Below, in pieces: positions 24,330 through 37,900 of a stretch of DNA of 64,000 nt (its first letter is position 1; each line of letters starts with the position of its first letter). The stretch is from Marsupella aquatica. Lineage: Eukaryota > Plantae > Marchantiophyta. The notes below the pieces were generated by a model. It was not told where the DNA came from. It ran no database searches and saw only the letters and a list, made by a program, of their open reading frames with translations. Location of the stretch: positions 13,511,469 through 13,575,468 of the forward strand of contig OZ316896.1 of the NCBI GenBank assembly GCA_973895155.1, in the 5' to 3' direction. The position numbers and the translations under genes were made by a program.

Positions 24330-24930
24330 CAACAAGTGCTTGGGGTATTGCAGTCCTGAACTAAAGTTGTGAGATAATATGTTGGTCCATCTGAGCATCA
24401 ACTTCATATAATTGATGATGAGTTCAATGCCCACTTCTTAATTTCAATTGTCCCTCATCCAAGATCTGACTTTAAGATGTGTATTTGTTTATTACTCTCA
24501 TGCCCACATAGTCTTCTTCATGTATAGATTTTCATCGCTCGTTCAATGTTGAGTGTCTTTGGTATATATTTGATACAATCTTCCATACAACCGGTGCTGT
24601 AAAATAACAGTCAACATTGTATGTCTAGAGACCACCAACCTAATGGCAGTGTCTCACATGTGTACGAGAATGACCGTATGCCAGCCTCACTCCAAGTTGA
24701 GGGAATTCATTGCTGCAAACGTGGTCCTCTCATAAATGTCCCCCACCCTGAAAGTACCAACAACGCCGCCCACATTTCCTTTATGAGGTATAGGATCTCC
24801 CTTATGTCTCTCCGTGCATGCGAGTCAACATGTGACCTGTGGCAACCATTACTTTGCAAAGGAACCTTAGTGACCATAATCCTACACATTTGGAGTTGGA
24901 CACAATTCAATTCACCCTCCAAGTGAATAG
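24330..24930 (-). mobile_element. Decayed Ty3/Gypsy reverse-transcriptase remnant
   Basis: Minus-strand fragments DYGH (DYR-like), GDIYERTTF (EDI.KTAF-like) and TLPLG (MPFGL-like) occur in the expected order; the frame is disrupted. Confidence 0.4.
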
Positions 24931-24976
24931 TGCATGTTACGTAGTCAGTTGAGAGATATGGAGCGGACGTTCCTAG

Positions 24977-25190
24977 TGTTAGGATTAACTCTTAGGTCTA
25001 GAGTTACAACTGTACCGCAATTAGGGCTAACCTTAGTTGCAGATGCTGGTTTAGGGTTTCGGGTTGCACATACACTATACCCAAGCGATGTTTGTTTGGG
25101 TAGTGGGAACTCACTCATTGTTATCGAGCCAATTGAGAGATAGGGAGAGCTTGTGTTGTGGATAGTTGCGGAACTCAACTACCTTAACAT
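24977..25190. mobile_element. Partial LTR of family A
   Basis: The TGTTAGGATTAACTCTTAGGTCTAGAGTTAC start and CTCATTGTTA..GAGCCA.TTGAGAGAT align with 3001ff and with the reverse complement of 170-300. Confidence 0.65.
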
Positions 25191-25199
25191 TTAGCTCCT

Positions 25200-25839
25200 G
25201 CTTTGCTGATTACAACGTCGAGCTCTTCTATGGTCCAAGCCCCCAGAATGGCCATCCGGTGGGGTAGTATGGGGAGACTAGTGGGCAACAAGGCGTGGCA
25301 CTAGCAACAGGAAGGCGCTAAGCTGGTGACGCCCACTAAGGACTTAGACTAGCTTGGGGCTAGTTGGGTCACGGGAAAGGGTCGGGCTCAGGGTGGACTA
25401 TCCGGACCCCCCGACGGACTTTGAGTTCTAAGGGCTTGAGTGAGAGTTCCTCTTGTGCCCAAGACTAACAAAGTTTACTTCATGCGTAGTAAACACTTGG
25501 CGCATGAGATACAGTGCGGCCCAAATACGGCCGCCAGGGACACCCGAGTAATGACGGGTTCTGAGGGCCTAGGCATGAGCATTGGGTCGTCCCAATCACA
25601 ACGAGCTAACTAAGGCACTCCGCCCACGGACGTCTAGCTAGAAAATTATGGGCATAGCAAGTTAGTTGTGTGTCTATCTCGGTGTCCATGCGTGCAAATT
25701 GGGGTCTAGGTGGGGGGCCAAAATTTGGGAACCAAAGTAGGTCCAGGGGTGGTAGGTCTCCAAAAGCATATATGAGGGGAATGGTGTCTCCCTGGGGGCC
25801 AAGGGCAAGCCCAAGTTGTGAGCAGCTGCGGTCGTGACA
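25200..25839 (-). mobile_element. GC-rich Gypsy-like LTR fragment
   Basis: The minus strand begins TGTCACGACC at 25839 and has a TATA-like CCCTCATATATG about 70 nt in. The other end and TSD were not identified. Confidence 0.35.
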
Positions 25840-28800
25840 CCCAGAGGAGACGCCAAATGGAAATGGCGATAACTTCCCAATGGGAAGTCTGTTAGGGGAC
25901 TTCTTGGTTGCATTGGAAAGCTCTGTGTCAACCACTTGCGTGTTAGATGATCATGGGCTTGTCATTGTGAATGTTGTCTTTGCTCAACATCCTTCTCATC
26001 CACAATTCCTTCCCTAAATTCACTAATTTCATCTCAATCTTCACTAATTAACTCCATTCTAGATCCCACTTGCAAAAGGAATCACCCTATTTGTGAAACA
26101 CATAGAATGCGCATTCAGCCATGTAGACTAACACTTTGCCCACGGTCCCTCTTTATTCACGTTAGTTCTTGTTGCCATGTGCCATCCTTGCTCAAGAGCA
26201 ATGTACATTGGCAGCCTTAATAATTATTTTATTGGTTGATGAAGTCATTTGGGTTATTTTAAGTCACTAGCTCGATGCTCATGCATTGCACAAAAGAAGT
26301 CAAGGAGAGGCAAAAATGTCAAGGCCAGCAAAGATGTCATGAGAGGCAAAGATATTGAAGCGAGACATAGATCTCAAGGAGAGGAAAAGATGTTGAGGCA
26401 AGGCAAACAAAGTTATGTGAGGCAAGGATTGCAGCCATGTCATTGTGGCTACATTATGACTTGTGCAAGCTTAGTGCACAATTATATATAGTCAAAGAAT
26501 AGAACTCAATCCTTCCAATGAAGACGTAATGTGTACCAAGTGCTCGAATACAAATGTGAGGCCATGTGTTGGATAGCTCAATGCCTGTGCATTGCACAAC
26601 ATTGTTGTGGTCATTACAACCAATTATGTGTTCATTACAACCATGTCCTTTTAGAGCAGCAATACCCTTGCATTGTATAGAAGATGTTGCTTCGCAAAAG
26701 ATGTTGTGAAGGAACTCATTGAAGAAAAGAATTGTTGTGGGTCAGGTAAGGTGGACTTTTGAGTCCTATGTCCATGCATTACAAAATGATCATTGCAACT
26801 CTATTGTGCTTGTGGTTGGATGTCACTGTGGTTTTGAAAATCAATTGCCATTTCAATTAGGTTGTCATAGCAGTTGTGTGATTGTTGCAAAGGTGACATC
26901 ATTCTAGACATGTCATCTGTGAAGTGATGTTATGGTTGCAGAAGAGTTCTTCAAGTGCATAATTGTTGGTGCAACAATGTTGTTATTTTAGGTGGTGTTG
27001 TTGTGAAGGTGATGTTGGGCAAGAATGGAGCATGTGGAGGGCGAGGTGGAAGCAAGATGGGCAAGAATGTTTGGGGCATCATGTGGTCCAAGTGGGTTAC
27101 ATGATGCTATATGGAGAGGAACATTTTTACTTGTTTTTGCCTTCCTGTATTTGTCCTCTCCCCATACCCTCCCTTTCTTCTGTCCCACTATCAGAGTGCC
27201 TCCATCCATCCCCCTCCCCAATTTTCTCCCCTCCAACACCTTTAAAAAAGAGAACGAATTGAGAACATAAAATAAATTTCTAAAAAATGAAAATTCTTTT
27301 CCCAAGAGCAAAAGGCAATATCTTTTCTCATGTCAATCTATCTCCTCTTTACTGGCTCCACGAGTAAAACCTAGCCTCCGTCTCAGGTCAATTTATTCCT
27401 TTAATACTCCATGCCAAAAACTATTTTATGCACTGGCTATAGCTAGCATAGTCATGACTATACTCTAGCACATGTCCTATATTTTGTACTCTACAGAAAC
27501 AAATTTGGGAATTGCTAAGTAAATCCAAGAGCCTCAAATAACTTTGGACAACATATGATGACAGATTATGGTTTCCTCTTTTTTCAAGCTTGTAGACTCA
27601 CTATGGGTGGCATTTGGCAGGATCCCATATTATAGTAGTTGATGATAAGCCCGCATGGTATCCTCCAACCTTTGGATTTGTATGGAGTACTCTAAAGCTC
27701 ATGCTATTTCACTGATTGATATTTTTCTACTTAATGTACATGTTTAATAAATGCAAAAGCTTTAGGATAGAGACTGTATCTCAGCTGAAAGCCATGTGAT
27801 TAGTTTCCCAACAAATTAAAAGAAATTTGAGTTCTCTACCCTGACCAGTTGTTTTTTAGTGGCAAAACTTAGCTCCAATCCACCTCTCTGAGCCAGTTTT
27901 TGGAGTTTAGTAGCCATTTGGCCCTCTGTGTGGTTTGTTGTCTGCATCCCTGGTCTTTGTCGCGGTGGCTTCTCTAATAAACACGTTTTTTCCAACAAAA
28001 AAAAGAAAAAGACGTCACCAGTTTTGACAAAACTAGTTACAGGGAGTTCTTTGTCATCCAATAGGCAATTTTTCACTTAGCCATAACCCCATTAGCAGAA
28101 TCTAGAGGTTAAATACACTTAAATGGAGGGAGATGCTAGGGTCAAATATCAATCTAGGACAATTAGATAAGGAATATTAGGGACGTCTTCTCCCCTACCC
28201 TAGCTAGGAAAAAGATAACCCTTAAAATTACGCTGGTCCTGACGACATGATTACGTTTACCCGATTATTATATAGACTATATAACTATACATATTGCTCT
28301 TTTTCTCACTGATTGAATTTGTCAACGAATTTACCGGGCACTGTATGTTGCCGCTGCTATTCCCGAGAGAGATTCACTGTACCATGGCTGCAGCAGCTCT
28401 ACGGCATATAGGGCCTGGATTTGTTGTTGTTATATATATTTTGGAACAAAATATAATGTGGGCGTAGGCCCGGTCAAGCCTGGGTTAGGGACTGATGTCA
28501 GGTTCGACCTGGCGACAGGCTAGCGTAGGGCCTGGGTCAGCATGGATGGAATCGCAGGCACATCATAAATTTACAATGTACATGCCGGGGACCACGGGCA
28601 TGCTACAGACAACTGCGCAACAGCTGGCACTTAGAGTGAGGTGAAGCCAGTGGGCTAACTGTAGTTACATTTCTAATTTTTTTCCCCATTTTTTGAAAAA
28701 GTATTTTAAATTAAATAAGGTGAAATTAATCTTGGATGGATCAGGTTACTGTTGACCAGATAAGTATGAGTTTTTTAACAAAAGAGAGGTGCTATCTGAT

Positions 28801-31689
28801 TATGAAAAGGATTTGGGCTGGGGTCCATCTGGGTTGTGCTTGTCCATCTGGGTACTTTGTCAAACTCCCTTTGTGATGCACAAGATTATTTGTTTTCCAC
28901 CTATGTTCTTGAGAAAAAAAAACCCCATAGACACAAAGGTTGGTGTGGAGACTCTAAGGTACTCAAACCGTAGCGTAAACAAATTAGTTCATGGACCCCT
29001 ATCTGTTTTGATTGAGGTTGGAAAATAGTGAGATATGTGTTGGACAATGTGTGATATAGATAAATGTGCTGGAGAATGTGTGATGCTGAAGATATTTTTA
29101 TTGAGACTAGTTTATTTTTTTGCATGATACATCATAGTGTTCTAAAAATTAAAATTCTTTATATAGATAGCTAGTCTGTATAGATGGATGATTTGTAACA
29201 CAAGATCGAGAGAATTGTCAACCTACAAAGAATCCTGTCCACTTCTTCCTTCTTCTTAAAAAGCGAGTGGCAATAGAAGGTCAAGAAAATTGTCACGAAC
29301 ACGGATCATCTCTGTTCTCCTTTCTTTTTTGTTCTTGAAGAATGACCGGTCCAGACAATTTTCAAGTTACAGAGCCGCTCTATCTCGTCATTGATTACTT
29401 TGTCATCAGTGCTCAAGTTGCAGAGCTTGCGGACAGAAATTTACTTACTCAATTGAATCACAATTCAGAATGAGGGTGGGCAGTCGGTTACTCAGGGTAA
29501 ATAAAACGGAGGGTGGGCCTACTACTGATTGAACAGTCGGTTACTCAGGGTAAATAAAATGATTATTTTTGAAACATTTTTACATCAAGGTTTACGGCAT
29601 GGCGTCCTCAATTTTACCAAAATCCCTCCACAAACACGAATGGTGAAGTAATTTTATTTTGTAAATCAATCTGTACTTGTTTGTAGCGCATCATGATGAC
29701 ACGGCGCGCTGTGGAGTCTCAAATTTTGGAAGGGACCTATAGTGGGGTCCGTAAAGAGGAGCCAAGTACTCTGAAAAACTATAACTAGTGTTAGGGGAGT
29801 ATGATAATGTTACTCCAGGCTAGGAAAATTGAAAAGGTAACTCTAGTGTGTTAACTTTGCTTGTATCTTTAACACAAGTGCCAAACTTTCACATAGTAAG
29901 TTTGCACCTCTATCCTAAACCCCCCATTCATATATGGATTGGCTTTAGTCAACTAGAAAAACCCAAATGGCATGCAAAAAAATTCACAGACACATGGAGG
30001 TTTGCAATTTTGCCAGAGCTAACCCCCTCCTTGACCGCTCCATCCATACCTTCACCCTGGACCTGGTTCTCCAACCTGACACTCACCAGAATGCAGGTGT
30101 AGACTACTGTCTATGAGCAATTGCTACCTCACCTTGGCCCCCCTCATGTCCCCCACTTTCAGAGCGTGTTAGCAATGAATTACTCGTTTCACATGTGCAC
30201 AGATCAATTACATGCCATTTTGGATTAATTAGTCTGGTTAAGCCAACCCCATACACAAAAATGTGTACCATTCAAATTAATTTTGGGAGCACGTTGATAG
30301 CTTTGACTAAAATTTTGAAAGATGGAAAATGATTAACCGCCTTTTCGTATTTCATCTAATTTTCATGTGATTGTGGCGTGCCTGGAAAAGTGAGAATAAT
30401 AACAACCCGATATTCGTCAGAAACCTTGACCCCGTGTGGGCTCTCAAAAGCTGCATTTTATCATCTGGCACTAACCATCTGTCACTCTTTGACAAGCTCT
30501 CGTTAATCTTTTGCCTTTTTTTTAATTCGCTATGCTTCTCGTGTCATAAAAGTAGGATGCTCTTTATTGTGTTCGTGCCTTTCCCGTCATTTACACCAGT
30601 CAAGCGTTAACGGTTGGCCCCTGACGGTTGTTATTGATGTTATCAAACGGCATTCCTAGAGTTTCTTTTCCCCCACTTTTTCCTCCCAAAAGGAGAATTG
30701 TCGTTCAAACCATGGAATCCTATCTTGAAAAGGGGTGGCTCCTAGTAGACCTGTAGATTTCGGTAGCTGCAAACGCTGGAGGAGGATGAACAGACTTGTG
30801 AGGAAATTCCTAGGAGAAAGAAACCCGGATGGACCACAATAGTTGACAAACATGTTGGATGGACCACTTAGACCAGATGGACCAGTTTTCAGCTAAGATT
30901 GAGTTGGACTCAGGTAGTATCTTTCTTGAGCATAAATGGTCACACTGGTGGGTTTCAAAAGCTGCCAGGTCCATCTGAGTTGCATGGTTTAGTTACACAT
31001 TGTGGGCCTTCCCATCTTCAATTTAACATTCCTAGACAATACAAAGGTGTTTCTAGTGTTGAACCTGAACATTTCTAGGAACAACTAGGCTTGGACCCCC
31101 ATTTTGAAGCATATCAAATCCATTTATAACATGAATTCTTCTCAACAAAATGTTAAGCAAAGGTAACACAAAGTATCAGTGGACATACACTGTTCAAGGC
31201 AATGTGTCTTGGTAATACTATTTGTGTAGCCTAATTTGTTTGGGTTTACTCTTCAATTGACATTGCAATGTTACTTATGGACTAACACTAATAGTGTGCA
31301 CATTAAGCAACATTAGTACAACACTATTTCAGTTTGTGCATAACACTATTTGGAGAGTTAAGGCAATACTAATTCGAGTTGTACATAACACTGTTTGGAG
31401 ATTTTGCTTGGAGGCCACATTTCAAAGTTGGCTACTTCATAAAAGCAATAGTGAGAGGGTTCCAAAGCACGGATACAAAATATTTTGCTCTCTTACCTAC
31501 AGATAGGGAACAAGATCACTAGAAAATGAAAAGTTACAGCTAGGGAACAAGCCTCGACACTGCAGCACTACTTGCCAAACAATGTCAGCACAAATCAGGA
31601 GTAAGACTAGACAAATGTGAATTGGTGTAGTTCAGGAAATTTGAACCCTAAGCAATCTTAGAAAGACCCACCAGATTTAGTGTCACAAG

Positions 31690-31791
31690 GGGAAATTTGT
31701 GAAACCCCACAGAAAAGAAAGAATCATCCACAACATTTGAACTTTAGACCTAGGAATCTCAACTCAAGTGAGCTATCACACAGCCCCTGGG
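31690..31791 (-). mobile_element. Second copy of the tRNA-type SINE
   Basis: GGGAAATTTGTGAAACCCC...CCACAACATTTGAACTTTAGACCTA is colinear with 7651-7750. Confidence 0.65.
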
Positions 31792-34700
31792 CTAGGATTA
31801 CCAACATCAAATAGGGACAAACACTAATTCTGAGAATGATGGAATTAAGGAGAACAGTGTAATTACCCCACTATTTTTCATCTCTAAAGACCATTGACCA
31901 TGAAAGTAAAACTAGCTACAGTACATTCTAACCAAGCATGCAACCATAGTTTGGGACTACATGGTTTAGGGTATTTTATGAGCCCTATGAGCTGAGACAT
32001 TGGAAACATCTGAGGTGCCCACTTTTTGCTTCCAATGCCAAATAATTTGGTATCTTAGGTTCGACAGTTAATCTGGGCCCACTAGCATGGTCATTAGTTC
32101 TCCCAATCCAAGGTTGACTTCATTTTTGAGGAAAATTTGCAGATGTCAAAAATTGAGTAAGACTAGGAAAACCCCAAGATATACAACAGAACCTGGTTTC
32201 CAGGAGGAAGCAGGAGAAAACAAAATAGAATAAACTCCTTTGAGAAGGGATGCAGTAAAACAAATAAGAAAAATATCAACAATTAAGACAGCTTGAAGGA
32301 GGGAGTTGGAAAATGAATCAAAATGGCATACCCGGCTTGTGGAAGGAAGAAAGAAAGGAGAAGAACACCCAAAGTAGTATGGTAGAAACAGTTCAGATGA
32401 ACAAGATCTACATGTAGATAAGCGATGGATCCCAAATTGTAGGTAAGCCAGCTACTGTAAGTATACTTACCATTTGCTATCTCGTAAGGCCCTAAGTAAG
32501 CTTACTCTCGTGATGAAATTATTCTTAGACGGGTCATTGTAGCGTGCAAGTAAACAGTAGAAATTTTCCTCGCATGAGCAAAAAGTTTACTCACATGACC
32601 CCTAATTTTTCTATATGCAATTGTCTCGCTAACAGTAAACTGCTTGATAACATCTATTTTGGGGACTCCTCTTTTTGCTAGCGATCTCGCTAGCCATCTG
32701 GAGTCATAAAAAACACACAGAAAATAGAAAAGGCAGCAAAAAGCAAAATAAATTTAAAGCCACAAGGGTCTCGCTAACAATACTCCCTTCGCTAACAAAA
32801 CTCCTGTTTGCTCGCATTATAGAATACCTCTTCTTAGACCTGTAATGTTGTGACAATAATGGTTTGACTGCAGCTCCTAAGCCTGCCTTCAAAGTACAAG
32901 AAGTCCTTTGCACATGAATGTGTCTGGCAAGAATTTACGTTAATTTCAACTGTGTGAACAAAAACCATGTACTCCAGCTTGTAGTTAAAGAAGTAGACTC
33001 CATCATCAATATCCCTTAGCATTGTTTGACAAAGCTTGTGATTACTTAGACTCTGAGCCCTAATTAGAAGAACCACTCCTCTTCCACTCCTCATCCATCT
33101 TGCTCTCCAGCCTGACTCCTTTTCTTCATACTAAACCTTCATCAAGGTTTCTTGTTTTCCTTTTCCTTTAGTTTCCAGCACTGCTCCTTTATCAATGCTT
33201 CTGGACCCACCACATGCCTATCACTATGTGGCTGGAAAAACACACTAAACTATCCCCCGAGTACTTTGGTCTCCCCTTCCCCCACCCACACACACCCACC
33301 CACCCACTCACCCACCAAAAAAGAAGAAGAAGATATGTGGAGTGAAGGATTCTTCTTTTATGGTGCTACGAGCCCTATGCCAGTGCGTTGCACTGTGCAA
33401 GGAAGGCCGGCCCATAGGGAGTTGGGCTGGGGCATTTATGGGGCAGCCGGAAGCAGATATGTGCCAGGGGTGCATATTTCTTCTATCAATGGTCATGGTA
33501 AACAGCTAAGTTAATCCAATGGTTGTGGATATTTTATGCACAGGAGCTTTTTTGTGTTGGAAGGAAGGGGAAAAAAAGGTGAGATCCCTTATTATAGTTG
33601 TAGATACTTGCATTCACACAAAAACTCCTCCTAGTTTTTCTTTGCTCTAGTTGTGAGCCTCATTCGAGGTCACCAGGCTCTATATGGGAGTAAATAAAAC
33701 ATCTTGTGAAGCTTCTTCCTTGCTTTACACTCATATGCAAAAGCAACACCTAGGACCATTGACCACAGTAGGAAGTTGACCTACTTTGGTCAAATTGTCA
33801 ATTCCCCTAGTGGCACTTGATCAGAAGTCTTCTTTAAATTGTATTATAGGAATAAAAGAATCTTGTTCCTTTGCTTAACGACTTTTCTAATTCCTACTCC
33901 ACATTCTTTACAGAACCAGCGGTAACTTTGAGATGAGCTCCCTTTAGCTTTACTCTAGATTAGAAGTACAGTACTGCATCGTCAAATATAAAGCCTAATA
34001 ACTAAACAAATTATTTCACAAACCGCTTCTTAAAGCTGCCAAATGTAGCTTGCCCTAAGTTCTTACCTTCATAATAATAATGTGGGATAACTTTTTGGCA
34101 AGCCGTGAACTCCTTAGTCCACTTAAACTCTATGAAGAGTTATCAAATTGCCCCTACAAGTCACCAAAATAATGAAGATGTCCTTGAACTTTGCCTAATT
34201 TATAAAGTATCAAGCAGATAGTGTGCCACTGTTCCTGAGCTAGTAAAAAACTAACAATTTATGGTTGGTCTAAGTTTCTGGAAAAATACTTGAGGCCGTT
34301 AGCAAAGGTGAAATTCCAGAAGTAATAAGTCTTTTTTTTCCAGTGTGTATTAGCAGATGACTTTAGGCAGTCCATGGGAAAGGGCAGAACAAAACCCTAA
34401 ATCCATTCGGGCTTAATGTCCCTTATAGAGGGAATGTGGTCATTTATTTTCAACTCTACAATATAGTCCTTCTTGTAACTGTCCATACTGTGATCATCTC
34501 TTTAGTCTATTTTAATCACATTATGGCAATGTACATGTAATGTATAATATGAGTCACGACAGTTCCAACATTAAGCAGGTGACTAGAGAATATTGGTTCA
34601 TCATTATGGAGGCAGTGGTCTTAGGTTATAGGTTATAGGTGCTAGTTTAGTTGTGTCCACAAAGACTAACTTTTTAAACTCCCTCATAGGTGGAGAACAC

Positions 34701-35838
34701 CATGCCCAATTTTTAGACTTACTCGCATGTTACACTTAGGAACTTGAGCCCAAAAGTCTCTTGTACCAGCATTTTTTGTAGTGGCTGAAATTTGCTAGAT
34801 TCCATCTCACCTAAAGGTCTTTGCCACTTTTGGCTAAAAGCAGCCAGGTCTTTTGTCTTTTACTAGCCAGTTCCCACAGACCTAATCAGCCCATATCTGA
34901 CAATTATTCTTAAGTCTAGTGAGATCTAATGGATAGAACTAAGTCTGTTAAAAAGGTAGGGAGTTAGGGACTACACTTAGCATCCAGTTTTAATAATATT
35001 CCTCACCGAAATTTCTTAGATTAATTAGATAAAACCCATATACAAAGAAAAAAACCTTTAAAGTCAAGCTCGTACACCTCATTGACATGTAAGACTAGGA
35101 TACGACAGACTTGAGGTACCATCGTGTGAACAAAGTTTACATTGACGTCAGATGACCAGAGTTAAAAATGTTATATGTTATGCTGTTCACTTGGCTGCAC
35201 CGTCACACTCATCAATTTATCGGGAAAATGAAGGATGGTTCATATAGGGTTAATTAAGCCATAAATAATACGATATGTTTTCCAAAGTCCACACTACATA
35301 CTCATTTATTTAATATGGACCCCCACAATTAAGTTTCTAGAGTACAACAGGTGGGGCTCATTCTCTAATGAATTTTCCTCATGCAAAAAAGTGAAGCTTT
35401 TTCCCTATATAATTTACATATTTATAACCAGCTTTGTACTTTTGAATAACTATGCTCCCACAACATCTAAGAAACACTCTTAAAAAGTTGTAAATAGTAA
35501 TATTACTGGAGCACATTTTGATGTTTCTTGAAATTCCATCTGGTTGCGAAACTCCAGAGGGGCTTCTCTTTCGTGTACACTTACTTCCCCTGATGATAAG
35601 ATTCATGCACATGCAGTTGTCACATTCTATTCTATTACTATACTATATAACTTCTCAAGCATCTTTGGGTTTCTTGATGTTCTTGGGTCATTTGTTCTCT
35701 ATGTGCTCTATTTCACTTGTTAGTTATTTTTAGTCTATCCTGTACTAGATGCTTTTCTACAAAATGGAAGCTTATTGTTATTAATAATGTTGTAGTTTCT
35801 TATATGCCTTCAAGTACAGATAAAGATATGAAATAGAT

Positions 35839-36323
35839 TGTTAGGCCCATTCCAACCCAACGAAAGAAGGCTTTCCATCTTGTAGGGGCCCAACCAAGGT
35901 TGGCAAGCACAAAAAATAACATGTTTAGTATGGGTTTTATTGTACTAGTTTCTTCTACCCTAGCTTGTAAGACACACTAACCATTGGATCACATCCCCAA
36001 ATAAGGGAGTACTTTTACATTTTGTTGGAATAGTAAAATCACTCATGATTTTAAGGCCAACCCCCTTGATCCTGGACATACGTCACAACCTCAGAAACTT
36101 ATTCCCACAATGCTTTGTGCGCAGGGCCTTACCATACTCTAAATCTATAAAATAAATATTACTTTCATTCAATCATTTGTAGGGCTAGATAGTGAGGGAG
36201 AATTTTGCTGGATGTTCAGCTGAGGATGCTCCATATTGTGGGCATGGCTACCTAGTTCTTGGTTGCATTTTATTGTTGAGCAACAATCCTGATGTCCTCA
36301 ATTATTTTCTTCAAACCATCACA
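35839..36323 (+). mobile_element. Possible old LTR
   Basis: TGTTAGG start, TATA-like CTATAAAATAAAT at about 36145 and ...CATCACA end. No TSD or partner LTR found. Confidence 0.25.
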
Positions 36324-37149
36324 AGTATGAGTTTAGCAAAAGACACATGAATTTGTGTGGAAGAACATACGGAATTCTTAATCCAATTTGAGGGTTCAAG
36401 GTAAAGACAGGGTATTGTAAGCCAACTTTGGGATTTTTTTTCGTTTGTTAAGTTGTTTATTAATCAGAATAGTTGTGGGTGATAGGAGACCCTCCTTAGA
36501 GTGAGACCTCAATGGTAACCATGGTAGTGTTGTCTTTCTTGTTCGTTGGGAAACATAGTTTAACAGGGAGTTTAGGGTCACATATGACACAATTTATACA
36601 ACTTGCATGCAACTGCCTTGCTTACCCATGCACTCGTTTGTTCATGATTTGGTGTTAATCCTTTTCAATGCACATTTCTCAGGATCAAATTTTGAGTTAA
36701 TTGCAAGAAGCTCCTTTGTAAATGTTGAACCCCAAGCTCGACCCCAAGCCTCACAATATTCAGTCAGATGGGTCAAGACTGTGCCACTCTGCCTCACAAA
36801 GACAGGTCATTACCAAAGCTTGCTCACATTATTTTAACTATCCTCTCTTGCCTATAGGCTTGACTATAAGTCTTACAAATCTTTGTGGCTTCTAATTGTT
36901 AGTGCTTCCTTTGGTTCCCTTCTCTAGGGTCTTGTATTCATTAGCATTACTTTGGTCCCTTCATCCCTCAGATAAGAATGGTTTGCATTTAGCAGTTTAC
37001 CCATTGTATTGTATTCTTAGTTGCGGATGATTGAAGTAAAGTTTGACCAAAACTCACTTGCAAGACAGCCAGGCAAGGTTTCATTCAACTAAAATGATGA
37101 GAAAACCAATATGAAAGCAACAGCAACTGACCTGTTAATTCCACTATCT

Positions 37150-37900
37150 ATATGTGCATGCCAATTTTGGAAGCTTTTTGGGGAGGATTGTGAAGTCAGC
37201 TTGCACCATCCTTTTTCTTGGGGTACTATTGCAAGTTCAAGGGGGTCAAAAATTAAACTTTAAAAACATTTTTCAACATGCATGCATATGTATCTCAGTG
37301 TTGCATTGTAAATCCTTGACCACCTGTATGGTCAACCAAGATCCTTTTTTGGAGAAGAGACTGTCTTCTAAGTCATTGAGCTCCATGTCCAATATATCTG
37401 CTCTGGATACACCCCAATTTACAATGTCATAAGCTGAATTATTTTGAGGAGCCTACCATAATGGATTACATGGTCGGGTTGTTAGGAGTAAGAATTGTGT
37501 TAGACCAAAATACAATAAACTAGTCTGACTGCCCCGTCTTTGAACAGAAATAGAGGTGAGGATGTTCAAGACCTTTGCCTATTCACTGATCCACGTTCAA
37601 TTGGTTTCCAGTGACTCCTCAAATGCCTCACCCTTTCAGAGACTCAACCTGCCCCCAATCCCTTGTCCAATTGCGCCCCCAGCTTCTGTTAGTCCCTGGG
37701 TCAAGGTCAAGAGGCTTCATTGTAGACAACAAGCCAACAGGTTCACATTGCCAATATATAGTTAGATTGATTGCCAAGAAGAAATCAAGGTGGCATTTGT
37801 ATGCTAAGAGGAAAAGTAAGGAGATGCTACTAATTAGGCCTAGACTAGGGTCACCAGCGGTGAACAAGGACAAAAAGAAGTAAACAACTCTTTATAGTAC
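37150..37900 (-). mobile_element. Decayed L1-type LINE reverse-transcriptase remnant
   Basis: The minus strand reads AYDIVNW (KAYD.V.W motif) at about 37435-37415, with QTS(F/L) (QTGF-like) upstream; the frame is disrupted. Confidence 0.5.

Noticed and set aside
27900-28015. AATAAA plus A-tail suggesting another retroposed 3' end
   Set aside because: No convincing TSD or second copy.
28330-28660. GC-rich patch with GGTTCGA (B-box-like)
   Set aside because: No cloverleaf, A-box spacing, TSD or ORF was found.
32834-33094. ORF with RDIDDGVYFF resembling LINE ORF1 (DUF4283)
   Set aside because: A single weak motif is not enough to call without an HMM search.
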